A stretch of 61,776 nucleotides of DNA, counting the filler, from Choristocarpus tenellus KU-1152 (lineage: Eukaryota; Protista; Phaeophyceae), in NCBI GenBank assembly GCA_964200185.2. It is 10 parts of 10 records of this genome, joined end to end, with 100 filler letters (N's around TTAATTAATTAA, not from the genome) between each part and the next. Parts side by side here need not be neighbours in the genome. Positions count along the whole stretch, not along the records: positions 10,643 to 21,671 come from CAXNAD020002556.1; positions 21,772 to 28,128 come from CAXNAD020008314.1; 8 more parts are not named here. One strand, 5' to 3'. Below are positions 10,706 through 22,674 of the stretch, piece by piece (position 1 is the stretch's first letter; each line of letters begins with the position of its first letter). The notes below the pieces were generated by a model. The model had not been told where the DNA came from. It did not search any database and saw only the letters and a list, made by a program, of their open reading frames with translations. A program made the translations under genes and the position numbers.

Positions 10706-13700
10706 TATAATATAATATAAACAAAAAACAATACTTTTATAAAATAGCCACAAAAATGTGATCACAAAACAGATCTCATTCCCACCCTTAACGGTACAAC
10801 ATATATTAACCTGCCGATTTTTCAACTCCTGTGGAAATCTCCGATTTAGCTTCAGTATGGTTCACCCAACGATTTCACCCCTTGATTTGATATGCATACA
10901 ATGACTTTTCACCGTTCAACGGACAGGTGACGAGTTCCAGAAAGAAAAAGGTTTCAGGTGAACCTTGAAGAATGTTCGGTTACAAATTCCACAATCATTT
11001 TGATGGTTGATTTTACAGGGATACTGATCCATACATATTTTAGTGAGTATGAAGTTATTGCGACATTTTATTTTCAGTTTATACTATTATTCCTTAACAA
11101 TTATGGGTGTGGGATGCAAATATTTATATCCATAGAGCTTAATGATAAGAATGAAAGAGATAGATCCTCGTCCCCTAAACCTGGAATGCAGAATCCAGAA
11201 CCCAGAACACAAAATTGGAAGTCCAATCCACGATCACTCAGTTCGCCTTCCACTTTCTACATCCTTCTATCTGTGATCAAACATTTTGAGGAAGATCCCG
11301 TGAACATGTAACTGATCTTCCATAACTAATTGGTGTGATTGGTTCGAACTTTTAAAAGAGGTAATGAAAACATTCAGAACTCAGAAGGAGAGGACTGGAA
11401 GGGTTGTGGCACATTCATTCATATTATAAGGAATATCTGTATGTCAAGCATTGAGATGCCAGTACTGTTCCACCTGTCCACACAGTCGCATATTACAGGT
11501 GCTGATAGCACACTTGTGGTATCTTTGACTTTATATACCACTGTTTCACGACATGTCACAGACATCAGAAATACATGTCTAGTACAGTCTCAGAATATCA
11601 CTGTAGTATCACTGTAGTTAATGGAACAGTAATATCTCAATATTTGACAATTGCTCTCCATACTAGTATGATAGTATGATACCGAAATTAACCTCCCTCA
11701 AATTAGGATGGTGTGGAACCACAGAAAATCACGCTACACACATCTCCATCACCATAGCCGACACGATGCTACGGGGATGTAAGGTTGCTTCGTCTACTCC
11801 TAATATCTGCTTAAGGGGATGGGCGAAGTCCTTGTCGACGATCCATGGATTCACATCCATTAAATGACGAGGAAATCATTAGTCCAGAGGGACACGTATC
11901 CGTATCTTTGATTTTTCCTGTTTAATCGGAAGTTTCCTTCTCCTGGACGTCCTGGTCTTGTTGGTGTTGGGATTTAGATGCACGTACCAGCCTTCTCTGT
12001 AGGTCCCACAGAGTCTGACCTTAGAGTCATCCACAATATAGAGTGGTTAGAGCCTCACTGGTCGCCCTTTTTCCGAATCTACTAGTAGTGTGTCTAATGC
12101 GAATAGTGTGTTTCAGTGACTGTGATTATTCGTTCTAGAAAAGGTCGTGAAGAGAATCACTGAGCGCAAGACGGAATAAGACAAACCACAACGAAGAGGA
12201 CGAAGTATTGTTGGACTGACAGATGAAGACAAAGTTGGACAATGGCAACCATAAAACAAAAATAGAGAGGTTCAAGATTCAGATGAGGGCCCTCAAGAGA
12301 AACCCTTTGGGACTGTTCGATCTGGAGATAATCCACTATGAACCCAGGGTTCTCGACCAGGGTTCTTGAAAGAACCCCCGAATATTACGACTATAGATGG
12401 TACCGCAATGGAATGTATGATAATGCACAACCCTTCAATATACATCACTTATATTTAGGACATTTTATATACACATAAGTATATAGTTTTCATTGGTTTC
12501 CCCCTGACACATCCAAAATGTCAGAGGGCATAACAATAAAAATATACATCACTATGGATTATCTTATTCTCCTTTCAGTTCTACCACATAAAAGGTGGAG
12601 AACACCAAGTGCCTTTACTTCAAACTCAAATATCCTTCGAACTACTGTTACCCATGTTTTCAAACCTTCCAAATAATCAAGTTCAATCCAGCAAACGTCG
12701 ATAAACCTTCAACAAAAATGTTGCTTTACCCAGTACTGAAGTCCGCGTTGCCGAGACTAGCATTAGAACTATCGTCGATCTCCCAAGGCTTTGAACAATT
12801 GAAGAATTTCGGTCAGTCCCTCCTCTCTGTCCTTGGTATATGCAATATCTGTAGAAAGTGTATTCCATGCTATGCAGTCCTGGCATAAACCCCTTCACAA
12901 TTCACACGTACAGAGTTGGTCTACTCCAGTGTCCGCTGAATTGGGAAAATCATATGCACTAGTTCATGGCAATGCATAATTTTGCCAAAATTAAATCCTT
13001 AAACCCCTTCTTACAATATCCTGATTTTTCGTGACCACCTTTCATCGTGCATGTTGATGCATCCAACATCAGAGTGGTCATTTTTTGCCCCAAAAACATG
13101 TGATGACCTGAATGAAGGACAAATCTCTACATATTGTGACCTTGTTCCGTAAAAAATTTGATGGATACCAACAAAACTATTTGGCTTTATGTCTACAAGA
13201 TTGTATGACGATATTCTAAATGGGCACATGCCATTATCCTACTGTTGACCATACTTCTAGGGTAGTGATTTTGACGTACTCACAGAGGACGCGGCACTCA
13301 AAATGTCAGACATGAGAATGGGGTATGAGGCGCAAGACTTAAAGTGTACTGAATACTCAAAAGGGTATAAATAGACCCCCCTCTAAGATAGAATGGGCCG
13401 TTAATATTATGACAGCACTATCATCAATACTACTACTTTGAATTTTGATTTCCCGTTGACACAACCATTCCTTTTCGACGTTACCAATAACGAACCTCTT
13501 CCAGCAGTTGCTTGGGAAACATGCAGGTGGCGAAATCGTTTCTGTCCTGCATGATGCAGGCAATCAAAGACCTTAACCATGGCGAAAACAATTATTGTTT
13601 GAGTGTACCTCTGATCACAATGTATGTAATGTGCTAGGAAGAGGTGGACAAAGAAGGACTTAAAAGAAAGCATTAACAATACACCAGGACAAGGACAATG

Positions 13701-15813
13701 AAGATGCAAGACGTTTTCCTCTTGATGCGGTCACCAAAAAACCTCAATGTAAGCATACGTTCTTATTTTCATGTTTGAGGGTGAAAACTTCGACAGCACC
13801 CATTTCCTCATTACAATCGACGGGCGGTTACAGATACACACATGGGACAGTGGAAATAAATAAAGAAGCGTATTTTACCCCCAATTAATACCCAACAAGG
13901 GGCACTTGATCCAGTGGGTGGTGTCATTCCCAGTGATTGCCTCTAATGTACACATCCTGTGCAACCACCCTCACAGGACTTCCGATTTGCCAGGGGACAG
14001 GAGTCATCACCATGTCCATTAGAACATGGAGAATAACCTTGCATCGAACCCGAGGAAAGCATTGAGGATGCACCATTGTCTCCCCTTGTAAAATTCACAT
14101 TGGATACAAGTAGTCAGCCTGGATAAACTTCGTTTGCTTCGCAAGACACACATGGAGGAGCCAAGCGCTATTGATTTTTTTTCCGCTCCTCATCAAACTG
14201 TTCGCCAAGGTTGCCAAATGGGTTCTGCTGATTATCGAGACCCTGCCATAGATGCAACGCGTTGAGAAAGGAGCACTCAAGGAGTTAGGACGATCTTTCA
14301 ATCGCAGATGATTGTGATATAATTAAAATGGGGATAGATCCAACACTTAGCCTGGAAGGTGAGAACAAGTCGCTAGTTTCTACCCGTACAATCCTATGGC
14401 CCATCTCTGGTGATTTGGTGCACCAATTACAGAGGACAGTAGAATATTATTACCAGAAGACTTGACAAAAACAACAGAAAATCTCAAGTAAATCATTCTC
14501 CTACAAAAAGATAAATACACGTTGGCAACGGTATTGCGATACTCAAATAAAAAATCTTAAGATGGGGTGTAGATGTTGAAACATTCAAGTATTAAGCAAA
14601 TTTGAACCTTGTGCTAAATGCACCATACCCATTCCTGAATTGCCTTAACCCCCGTTAGGAGGGTGTAGCTGCATAAGAAGTTTAGCCATGACACATTGAT
14701 AGCAGAAAGCACCCTCCAAAGTGCCCAAAACAATTGCAACCAAAGAGGTCACACAGGCCCTTAAATGAGATCCCCCTCTTCGGTGGTATCACTCTCTGCA
14801 TCTGTCCCCACCCCTCATGCAAGCTCAACGACTACATGTGCTTTGGTACTCGAGGGTACAAAGTGGAATACACCTATCTTCCCGTGTGTGTGTGCCATCC
14901 AGAGGGCACACGCAGAGGAAAAGCGACAGAATGGAGAAGAAAAACAACAGCAATTCAAGGCTACACTGCATGCATACACCGTCAAACAAAAAATATGGAC
15001 ACACCTTCATCTCGCCGAACCCCAGCAACTTGGAAATGTTGGCTCGCAGCCCCAATGCACACAAGGAGAACACCAATGCCTGCCAAGTTCAAAAGAATGT
15101 GGGGGCGTCAGCGAAGAATGATAAGTCAATTTCGGCTCCCAATCCCCCACACATCAACACACGACCACTCCGTTCCAATGAGATCCAACAACACTTCTCC
15201 TTAGTCCCCCGTATGCCGTAATACTGCAGTAAGCAAACAAACTGTTGCTAGAGGGAAAGTCTCCACAGATTTTGCTCCTCAAGGCAAACAGATGGTGGAT
15301 CGGTCTGGGATACTTCTGCACTGTGGGTCGCCCATGATATACCCTTTCAAACATTTGAGTACTGCCTCCATGATGTAGTGTAAAATCAATCAACACTACC
15401 CCCAAGAGCACACCCTAAACACCTAGTCAAAATTTGTGTTACATCATACCAAAACACTGTCCCCATCATACGCGCCTAAGTAGTTTTCCCCCCCGCCAAA
15501 TGATCATCAACAGGGTCATAATAACGTTGCTTCATTACCTACCAGAAAGCCCTTGAAAATATACAATCAAATTGACTTTTCTCAATGTGCACTAAACTCC
15601 ACGTGCCACACACCAAAGATAAGGGGTCGAATGTCAGTATCTCATTCAGTATTAAAGATAGTTATCATTTAGTAGTGAGTGTATCGTCTTTCTGCGATGT
15701 ATTTTCTCACCCCAAAAGATCCACATTCTTACTGGAATGAAGCATAAATGTACCACTAGATCTACATCTCTATATAACAATGCAGGGTACAGATAGCAAA
15801 GGGATGGGTAGGT

Positions 15814-15814
<1 letters not shown>

Positions 15815-15885
<71 letters not shown>
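15815..15885. repeat. Poly-G homopolymer (~70 nt) in a TMCO1 intron
   Basis: Uninterrupted G run; its length may be unreliable. Confidence 0.85.
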
Positions 15886-15886
<1 letters not shown>

Positions 15887-15900
15887 GGGCAAGATCGCAC

Positions 15901-17298
15901 CACAGAGCCTTCAGTGAAGTCCTCTCCATCAAGGTTTCTGTGAGTAATCCTCCGAATAAATGTGAAGGGTTCAAAGGGCAGCCTGACTATCACAATCCCT
16001 TTGTAACTGCCACACAGCGTCAACAGTGGGTGGGTGGGTAGGGCAGATAGGTACAAGAGGAAGCTAAGGGTTAAAGGTTGGCAGACCAAGCTGACCCTTG
16101 AGAGGGTGTCGATCAGAAATAGCAGAGGGAAAGCATGTGTCAGATTGTCATCAATCACTCCACCATCAAATTGTACTGTTAGCCGAAGTCTACTTATTCA
16201 AGCGAAACACTAGGGTCATGGCAGAATGAAGAAGAGCACTCACGCGTAGTACGTTCAACAACACTGTGTACGATGGAGGTCTGTAAATGCTTCTTGAGGG
16301 CGAAAAAAACTCCCCCGTGGTATGTGGAAGTCGCAGGATCATATGGAAAATGCTGGAGATGGAAAGGATAGGCTAAGTCAGAAAGAAAGTAGTGATTACA
16401 CGTTCTCAAGACACAGAATATGCTGAAAAAGGCCAATTGAATGCTGAGCCCTGATGTTTGTGACTATCTCAAAGCCCAAACATGTCGGGGAAAATTCAAA
16501 AATGCTGTTCCTATCTTGGGATCACCCAGTCCTTGTAAAGAGATATCAACAGGGCGACGTGTTTCGGGCACTTGCTTACTTGCGGTTTACAGCGAGCATC
16601 AGACCAAACGTCAGGGCACCTGCCACCAGCGTTGGGAACATTTTCATTGCATAGTACTCTGCCACTATTCCCTTGAGCTCTTTGTCCAGACGAGTGGCGG
16701 CCTTCTGGTTCCTGTCTTTCTTCTTCTCATCCCCCAGCGCAATCAACTCATTGTTCTTCTGCTCCACTTCAGAGGGTGAGTTGAGTACGTGACAGATGGA
16801 AAGGTCGAGCAATAGTCCGGAAGTGAAAAGAAAACCAGGGAGATGTGCATCAAGGAATGAGAAGTGACAAGGTGGTGTAGAAAATGTTTAGCAAAGGTAT
16901 GCTGGCAGGCTTGTAAGCAGGTGGTTACAGGGAGTTATCCCTCTCTGAGAAGACACAGAGCGGGGAAAAGATAAGCCGATATACAGTCAAGTTGTATAGA
17001 ATTCCAGCAACTATGGGAGTCAATAATAATTCAACAGAAAGCTATCATCATGTCAGTAGAGAAGGGTCGAAAGTATGACCTTAAGAACGAGAGAACAGGG
17101 GTCCTTGTTTAGTTCACAGCACTAAGACAAAACCAACGTGACAGGATAACAGTCAGGAGAGAGATGCTCACATTCCTTCGCCGTCCTCTCAATTCGCTTC
17201 TTGATATTCAGGTACTTTTCCTTGCGGTAGAGGAGATACCATCCCATTGCTTGCGACAGGGTTGTAGCCAAGTCGGTCAGAGATAGGTGGTCAAACAT
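15901..17298 (-). CDS. TMCO1: TMCO1/EMC3 (DUF106, Oxa1-superfamily) ER membrane protein, partial; last exon not found
   Basis: Exons 17298-17172, 16766-16580, 16006-15901 join in frame: ...GWYLLYRKEKYLNIKKRIERTAKELEQK...KMFPTLVAGALTFGLMLAVNRNYKGIVIVRLPFEPFTFIRRITHRNLDGEDFTEGSV. This matches the TMCO1 patterns W.L.YR..KY and LPF.P......HRNL.G.D. Confidence 0.85.
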
Positions 17299-20200
17299 CT
17301 TTGATAGGGGTTGACATATAGGGATCTCCTTCTCGCATGGTACGAGGATCGTAAGGGACGTAAATTTTCAAAAAGGTTGCTGAACTTACCCAGCATGTCA
17401 CTGTCGGGTTTCGAGTTGATAGAGATAATTAGCATGAAAGGGGATGGGGTTTATATCGACTCATCCTCTAAAGTTGTCTTTAGCGAAAACTGGCTCTCAA
17501 TTTGCGATTATCATTCTGAATAGAAATCACACAAACGAGACAGGAACATCAATTTAATCCACGAAACATGTACACCGAATTCAGGCACTAATGAATGGTT
17601 AGAGGTACTTCGGACGTGTGTCTTACCAAACTTCCTCTAGTCAAAAAGAATTCAAATATATCAACAACATCCGTTCTACTCGCACCTTCTGCGGCAAGCG
17701 TCCCAGCAACTGATATCCCCACGATGACCATACATGTTTCGAAAGACATGTATCTGTCTCCGGTGTTACGACCGGTTCCTGTACACAGGTCCTCTTCTAC
17801 TGTTTACGTGGAGATTTGAACTATAGAACAATACAAGACACTATAGTAAGTACCATGTAGCGCCACAGAAGAGTCGATAGACATTGCGCGAGCGCGCAGG
17901 GGTACAGAAAACAAAACTATAGATGGACTTCACTAGACAGCATACATTATTAGGTAGGACAAGAGGGTATACATTCCTCGCTGTCTCATCTCTAACTAGA
18001 TTCCCGAAAGGTATAGCATTAGTATTTTGTGCTGGATTCTCGACTTAAAAATATTGCCTTTGCTTACCTTTATTCACAACCTGTGTTATGGTAATTTGTT
18101 TTTTCTTCAAGCCCTCGATACCTACCCCTCCTTCAAGTTGATCGTCTACATAGCCAGTTGTTCATCCACTTAGTTAGAGCATGAATTATCCATCATAATC
18201 GTGAGAGTCATATGCCGTATCCCCGCATGTCATATTCGTTTGGCGTGGGAATATCAGGTACCTCTCATTACGTTGCATTCTTGACGCGCTTGAAGGGATC
18301 GATATGCACAGTCGAACTGTGATCCATTGATCCCAATTTTCCCACATGATTTAGCATCACTCCTGTAGATCAAATGTCTCGCCTTCGTCTACTGAGTGCT
18401 TTAGCACAAAAATATTTCGTATTGAGTTCGTCTAGTCCCAATTCTGAGTTGAGTTAGCGCTGGTGAAGTTGTAATCCCTCACATCAAGATCCATTACACG
18501 CTAAAACGTGCATTGTCTGGTAGCCCAACTGCTGTACCCTTTTACCTGTGTTTGTTCAGTTGCGCACCGTGCAAGACTTTTAGGAATCGTCTCTCAAGAT
18601 GATTTCGAAGTGAGCGCCCGCAATGCCTATACAGTACCTGATCATTCCCATACCCACCCCTCAGCTGCTGCACGTTACGATATCCACAGTGGCCGCCGCT
18701 AAGCAGCAATCTTCCTATGCTTACTTGAACTGAACACCATCACCACAGCAAACCAGAGCACATACTTCCCCCCACCCTTCGTGCAACTCACCCGACTCTC
18801 TAAAGCTCTTCAATTGTAACGACATTTGTGCCTGCAGTTCTGGAGTTTCGGTTCGATTGGTATCCAGCGATTGATTATATACTTCCCTCAACTTTTCCTG
18901 ACTCCCCTGGGGGCTCATCAGTACTACTTGAACCTCCTGTACCAACTTCAACCTAGAGGACAGAAGATATCTACTTTTGTCCCGGTATCACATCGCCGTT
19001 ATTTGTGCCGAACTTAAATGTCAGACATGGTGTCCCAAGGTGAGTTGTCGTTTTGAATTCCAGGCCCTGCCCTTTTCCCCTCCCCCTCACTGTGGCGTGT
19101 ATGAAACCTTTTCTAGCAAAACCCGTTGTGAACCGCCCACAAGGTGACTTTTAATTATCTCATCTATGTAGTTTGGACAGTAAGGGTGAGCTGGTGCTCG
19201 AAGAATATTTTTAGGGTCTTTCCCTTTGATATATGAGCAATGAGAGATAGGTGCCAAGACCCTGCTATGACTACACCTCCACATTAAAAAAAACAAACGT
19301 GCACAGTTATATTCTTGGTGGGAATCAACACTGGGTTTTTTTCCGGGCATTCAGTTTCCCCACTTTTCCACATCTGCAAAGCCCTATGCACTGACTAATT
19401 TGTATGTTCACATAGCGGATTCAAGGGCAGTCCACCCCCTGGCCGTATGCTTAACTACGTAACCCCTTTTTTTGCACTCGCTGTCTCTCTTGGTGTTGGA
19501 GAGTAGTGTCTCTGGGTAGGCAATCCCTTCATAACTGTAGATATCCCTCAACCTAAGAATACGCTTGGAGATATTTGCAGTGCAAGTGTTTTGATGAAGC
19601 TTGGTTTGGTGCCAAGATCATGATGCCGTTACTGACCCAGCCCTTCCATTGTTGCCTTCTTGGCTGGAGTCTCGTGTGGTTTAGAAGGTTATGACTTCAC
19701 TCCCTTGGTCCGCAATTTTCATTGTCTCTATGCTATTACAGGATTTGGGTACTGGGATATGCTAGCAGAGGATTAGAAAAGACATAGAAGCCCCGCATGT
19801 TACTCAACTACTTTTATTTCATTTATTTCAATCTCTCTTACTAGTCCAGACTAGCCTAACCAGTGGTCTCAAGGCACTGCTACGGGTCTGCACACAAAAA
19901 CTGCACCGTCTCTTTGACTGCGTTGCTACTCCTGCATCGGGTTCAGCTCTCCTGCTGCTCGTCAACCATCCCTCATCGGCTCAATCTAGTGCTTGCTCTT
20001 GCAGCAATGTAGGACACGGAGCTAGGACTACCTTGATATTTTTCTGCGCCGAATATCCTTGTGCAAGGTTTTGCTACCGAGCCGTGCTCTGTGAAAGTGT
20101 GGGTAGGCCGGGAGTACTGCCATTGGAAACGAAAATATCTTTTACGAGGAATGTTTCTACCACGAAAGTCAATTGTGTGTTACCGTGCTGTAGGGGTGGA

Positions 20201-20483
20201 TGGCGTGGATGCGCCCTTCAGCCCTAAAGTTACGGTGGTGCCACCGTAACCTGAAGTGTTGGCTGCTGTTGGTTTGTTCGTCTCTTTCCCCCTTCGCCTC
20301 GATCTTCGCCCTTGAATGCCAATGCCGATGATCGAGCTTTCCGTACAATGTGACTCCTTCCCACAGGTGTTCTCAGACCTCTCACTCTCATCTCGATCCT
20401 TAATTGCCCACCAACTCTGCGTATGCCGTTTCCGCCCGAGCGCAGGATTTGAAGGTACCAGTCACAAGGATAGGAGCCACACC

Positions 20484-21576
20484 ATGCCAGAATCTCGGGT
20501 GGGAGATGAAGGCAGCTCCAAGCGCAACATCACCCGTAAAGGCTCGTCAAAGGTGTCCCATCGATCGCCTTACGCTTGTGTCGTACTTCCTACCCCCTCT
20601 TCCCCTTCTGTCGCACTATGTAGGAGCGTTGTAGGCAAGACGAGGGAGCTGTGACATCTTTCTGCTTGCCATCTGTGCCCGTAAGGCGATGACTTACTTG
20701 GCGGGGACTTTGGGCGACGGTTTGCCCTGAAGATTACCATGGCACAGCAATCGGACCGTGCCTGTACAAGAGATACTTTTTGTCTCCAAAGTCGATCTTC
20801 TGTAAGAGTGGCATGTCTTTTTGTCGTTCCCAAGGAGGACCTTACCCCCATCTTTTGTCAAATATCCTTGCATTTTTTGTTGTTGTTTTGAGTCTGTAAT
20901 TGATTGACTTCCCTATGTGTTGATTCTACACTTGTCCTTCCTATCCCGAGTGACCAGTTTTAGATGCTGTATGTCCCTAGCTCGTGTCTTGCTTCCCTTT
21001 TAAAACCCTCCTGCTCCGCCCCTTATTTTGTTCCTGTTGGAACACAGGGGAGGGGAAAGGGGGGAGGGCACAAGGGAAGATGGGATGTCACAGATGATGG
21101 CAGTGAGGCGCTGGCTGCAGAGGGTGTGACTGACAAGAATGACCCCAATTACACCTCCGAGGATGACGGCCATGATAACAACTATGTTCTTGTAAGTGTG
21201 TGTGCGTGTGTCTGGATCATTCCCCTTCCCCTCTCTCCCGTCCGAGTCTTCCCATACCTTCCTCCTACACCCTGTTTTGTCACCTCTGTAGTATACCAAG
21301 AGTAACTGCTGAAGATGTGATCCATTTTATGTAGATGATACACTACTGCGATGAAGGTGTTACCTGGCAGTTTGTGGGATGACTGGGGAGAAGGTGAGTT
21401 TGGGACCATTTTGGGGGTTGACTGTTGTTCAAAGAGGCCCCACCGAAGTCTTTTAACACATAATGATACTTGTTTTTGTACAGGTGTCCGATAGCAATGC
21501 TATATCACCGAATGACCTCCCAGGACCCCTGCACACCTTGCCAGAGTTCAAGAAGAGGCTCAACAGTATAATGGAG
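20484..21576 (+). CDS. PDCD4: PDCD4-like MA3-domain translation regulator, 5' part (contig ends)
   Basis: Exons 20484-20552, 21048-21191, 21484-21576, all phase 0 GT-AG: ...KGRGKGGGHKGRW...DKNDPNYTSEDD...LPEFKKRLNSIME. These are typical PDCD4/MA3 N-terminal motifs (KGG.GGKG.W; DPNY; EFKK...I.E). Confidence 0.75.
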
Positions 21577-21771
21577 GTGAATCATGAACTGAAAGTTGAA
21601 TGAGGAAGTGTTTGGTTTGGTCTATGCCCCCCTCCACTCTCCCCCCCCTGCCACCTTTATTGTCTCAACATNNNNNNNNNNNNNNNNNNNNNNNNNNNNN
21701 NNNNNNNNNNNNNNNTTAATTAATTAANNNNNNNNNNNNNNNNNNNNNNNNNNNNNNNNNNNNNNNNNNNN

Positions 21772-21910
21772 ATATTGGTATTGATAATATTGGTATTGAT
21801 AATATTGATATTGATAATATTGGTATTGATAATATTGATACTGATCATATTGATACTGATCATATTGATACTGATCATATTGATACTGATCATATTGATA
21901 CTGATCATTT
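21772..21910. repeat. AT-rich 15-bp tandem repeat (ATATTGATACTGATC-like)
   Basis: Periodic; produces the low-complexity ORFs 21720 and 21775. Confidence 0.9.
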
Positions 21911-22475
21911 ATTATTCAAACCTTGGGTTGTGTTTTGAAACATTTTACAGTGTCATTGATGATGTGAACTGACTTTCAACCGCTAGACTCTTAGTCAATT
22001 TATGTGTTATGAATTGTTTGATGTGATCAGGTATTGCTGGGGGTGCAAAAGGGTTGCTGTATATCTCTTTTTTCTCTTACAGAGTACATGTACCAACAAC
22101 TTTGATCTATTGTAGTATTATTAATAATAATGATATTAATATTAATCATATTAACATGGAACTATAAGTAGAATGGTGCTTATTCTCAATTGTGTATCAT
22201 GCTATGATTACTGCAACTAGGAGACAGATTTGGTCAAAACTTGATGTCCGTACCTGGCATGATGTAATCAAATGTTACAATTGGTGTTGATTCATCTTTG
22301 GATCATGTATCATGTAACATACAATGATATATCATGTATCATATATCATGCATCATTCATCATGCATCATGCATCATTTTGATGCAATGCGTTGATAGTT
22401 GCAACAATTAGGATGGATTTGGGTGAGCTGCTGAGAATTTTTTTTTTGTGTCTGTGTGTGTTTGCTCAAATAGCA

Positions 22476-22582
22476 CATTAAATTAGTCTTAAAAGCACTT
22501 TAAATTAGTCTTAATAGCACTTTAAATTAGTATTAATAGCACTTTAAATTAGTATTAATAGCACATTAAATCGTTTTAATAG
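22476..22582. repeat. ~22-bp tandem repeat (TTTAAATTAGTCTTAATAGCAC), about 5 copies
   Basis: Adjacent near-identical units. Confidence 0.85.
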
Positions 22583-22674
22583 TACCTGTGTACACCCTTG
22601 ACTATGATGCATCTGAATACTCCTGAACATTGAACCAACATCATGTGACTCTTTTACTCTATTTTGAATTACAG

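Noticed and set aside
13252-13395. Possible family-A MITE remnant (TAGGGTAG...CCCTCTAAGATA)
   Set aside because: Only partial terminal similarity; no TSD or internal match
12560-14330. Possible decayed transposase (MULE-like CxxH) on the minus strand
   Set aside because: All frames are interrupted and no convincing DDE motif set could be assembled by eye
14734-15221. Overlapping ORFs in several frames
   Set aside because: No recognisable domain or splice structure; likely chance ORFs in intronic or intergenic DNA
15652-16158. Poly-proline ORFs (formin/extensin-like)
   Set aside because: Arise from the intronic poly-G/C run next to a TMCO1 exon
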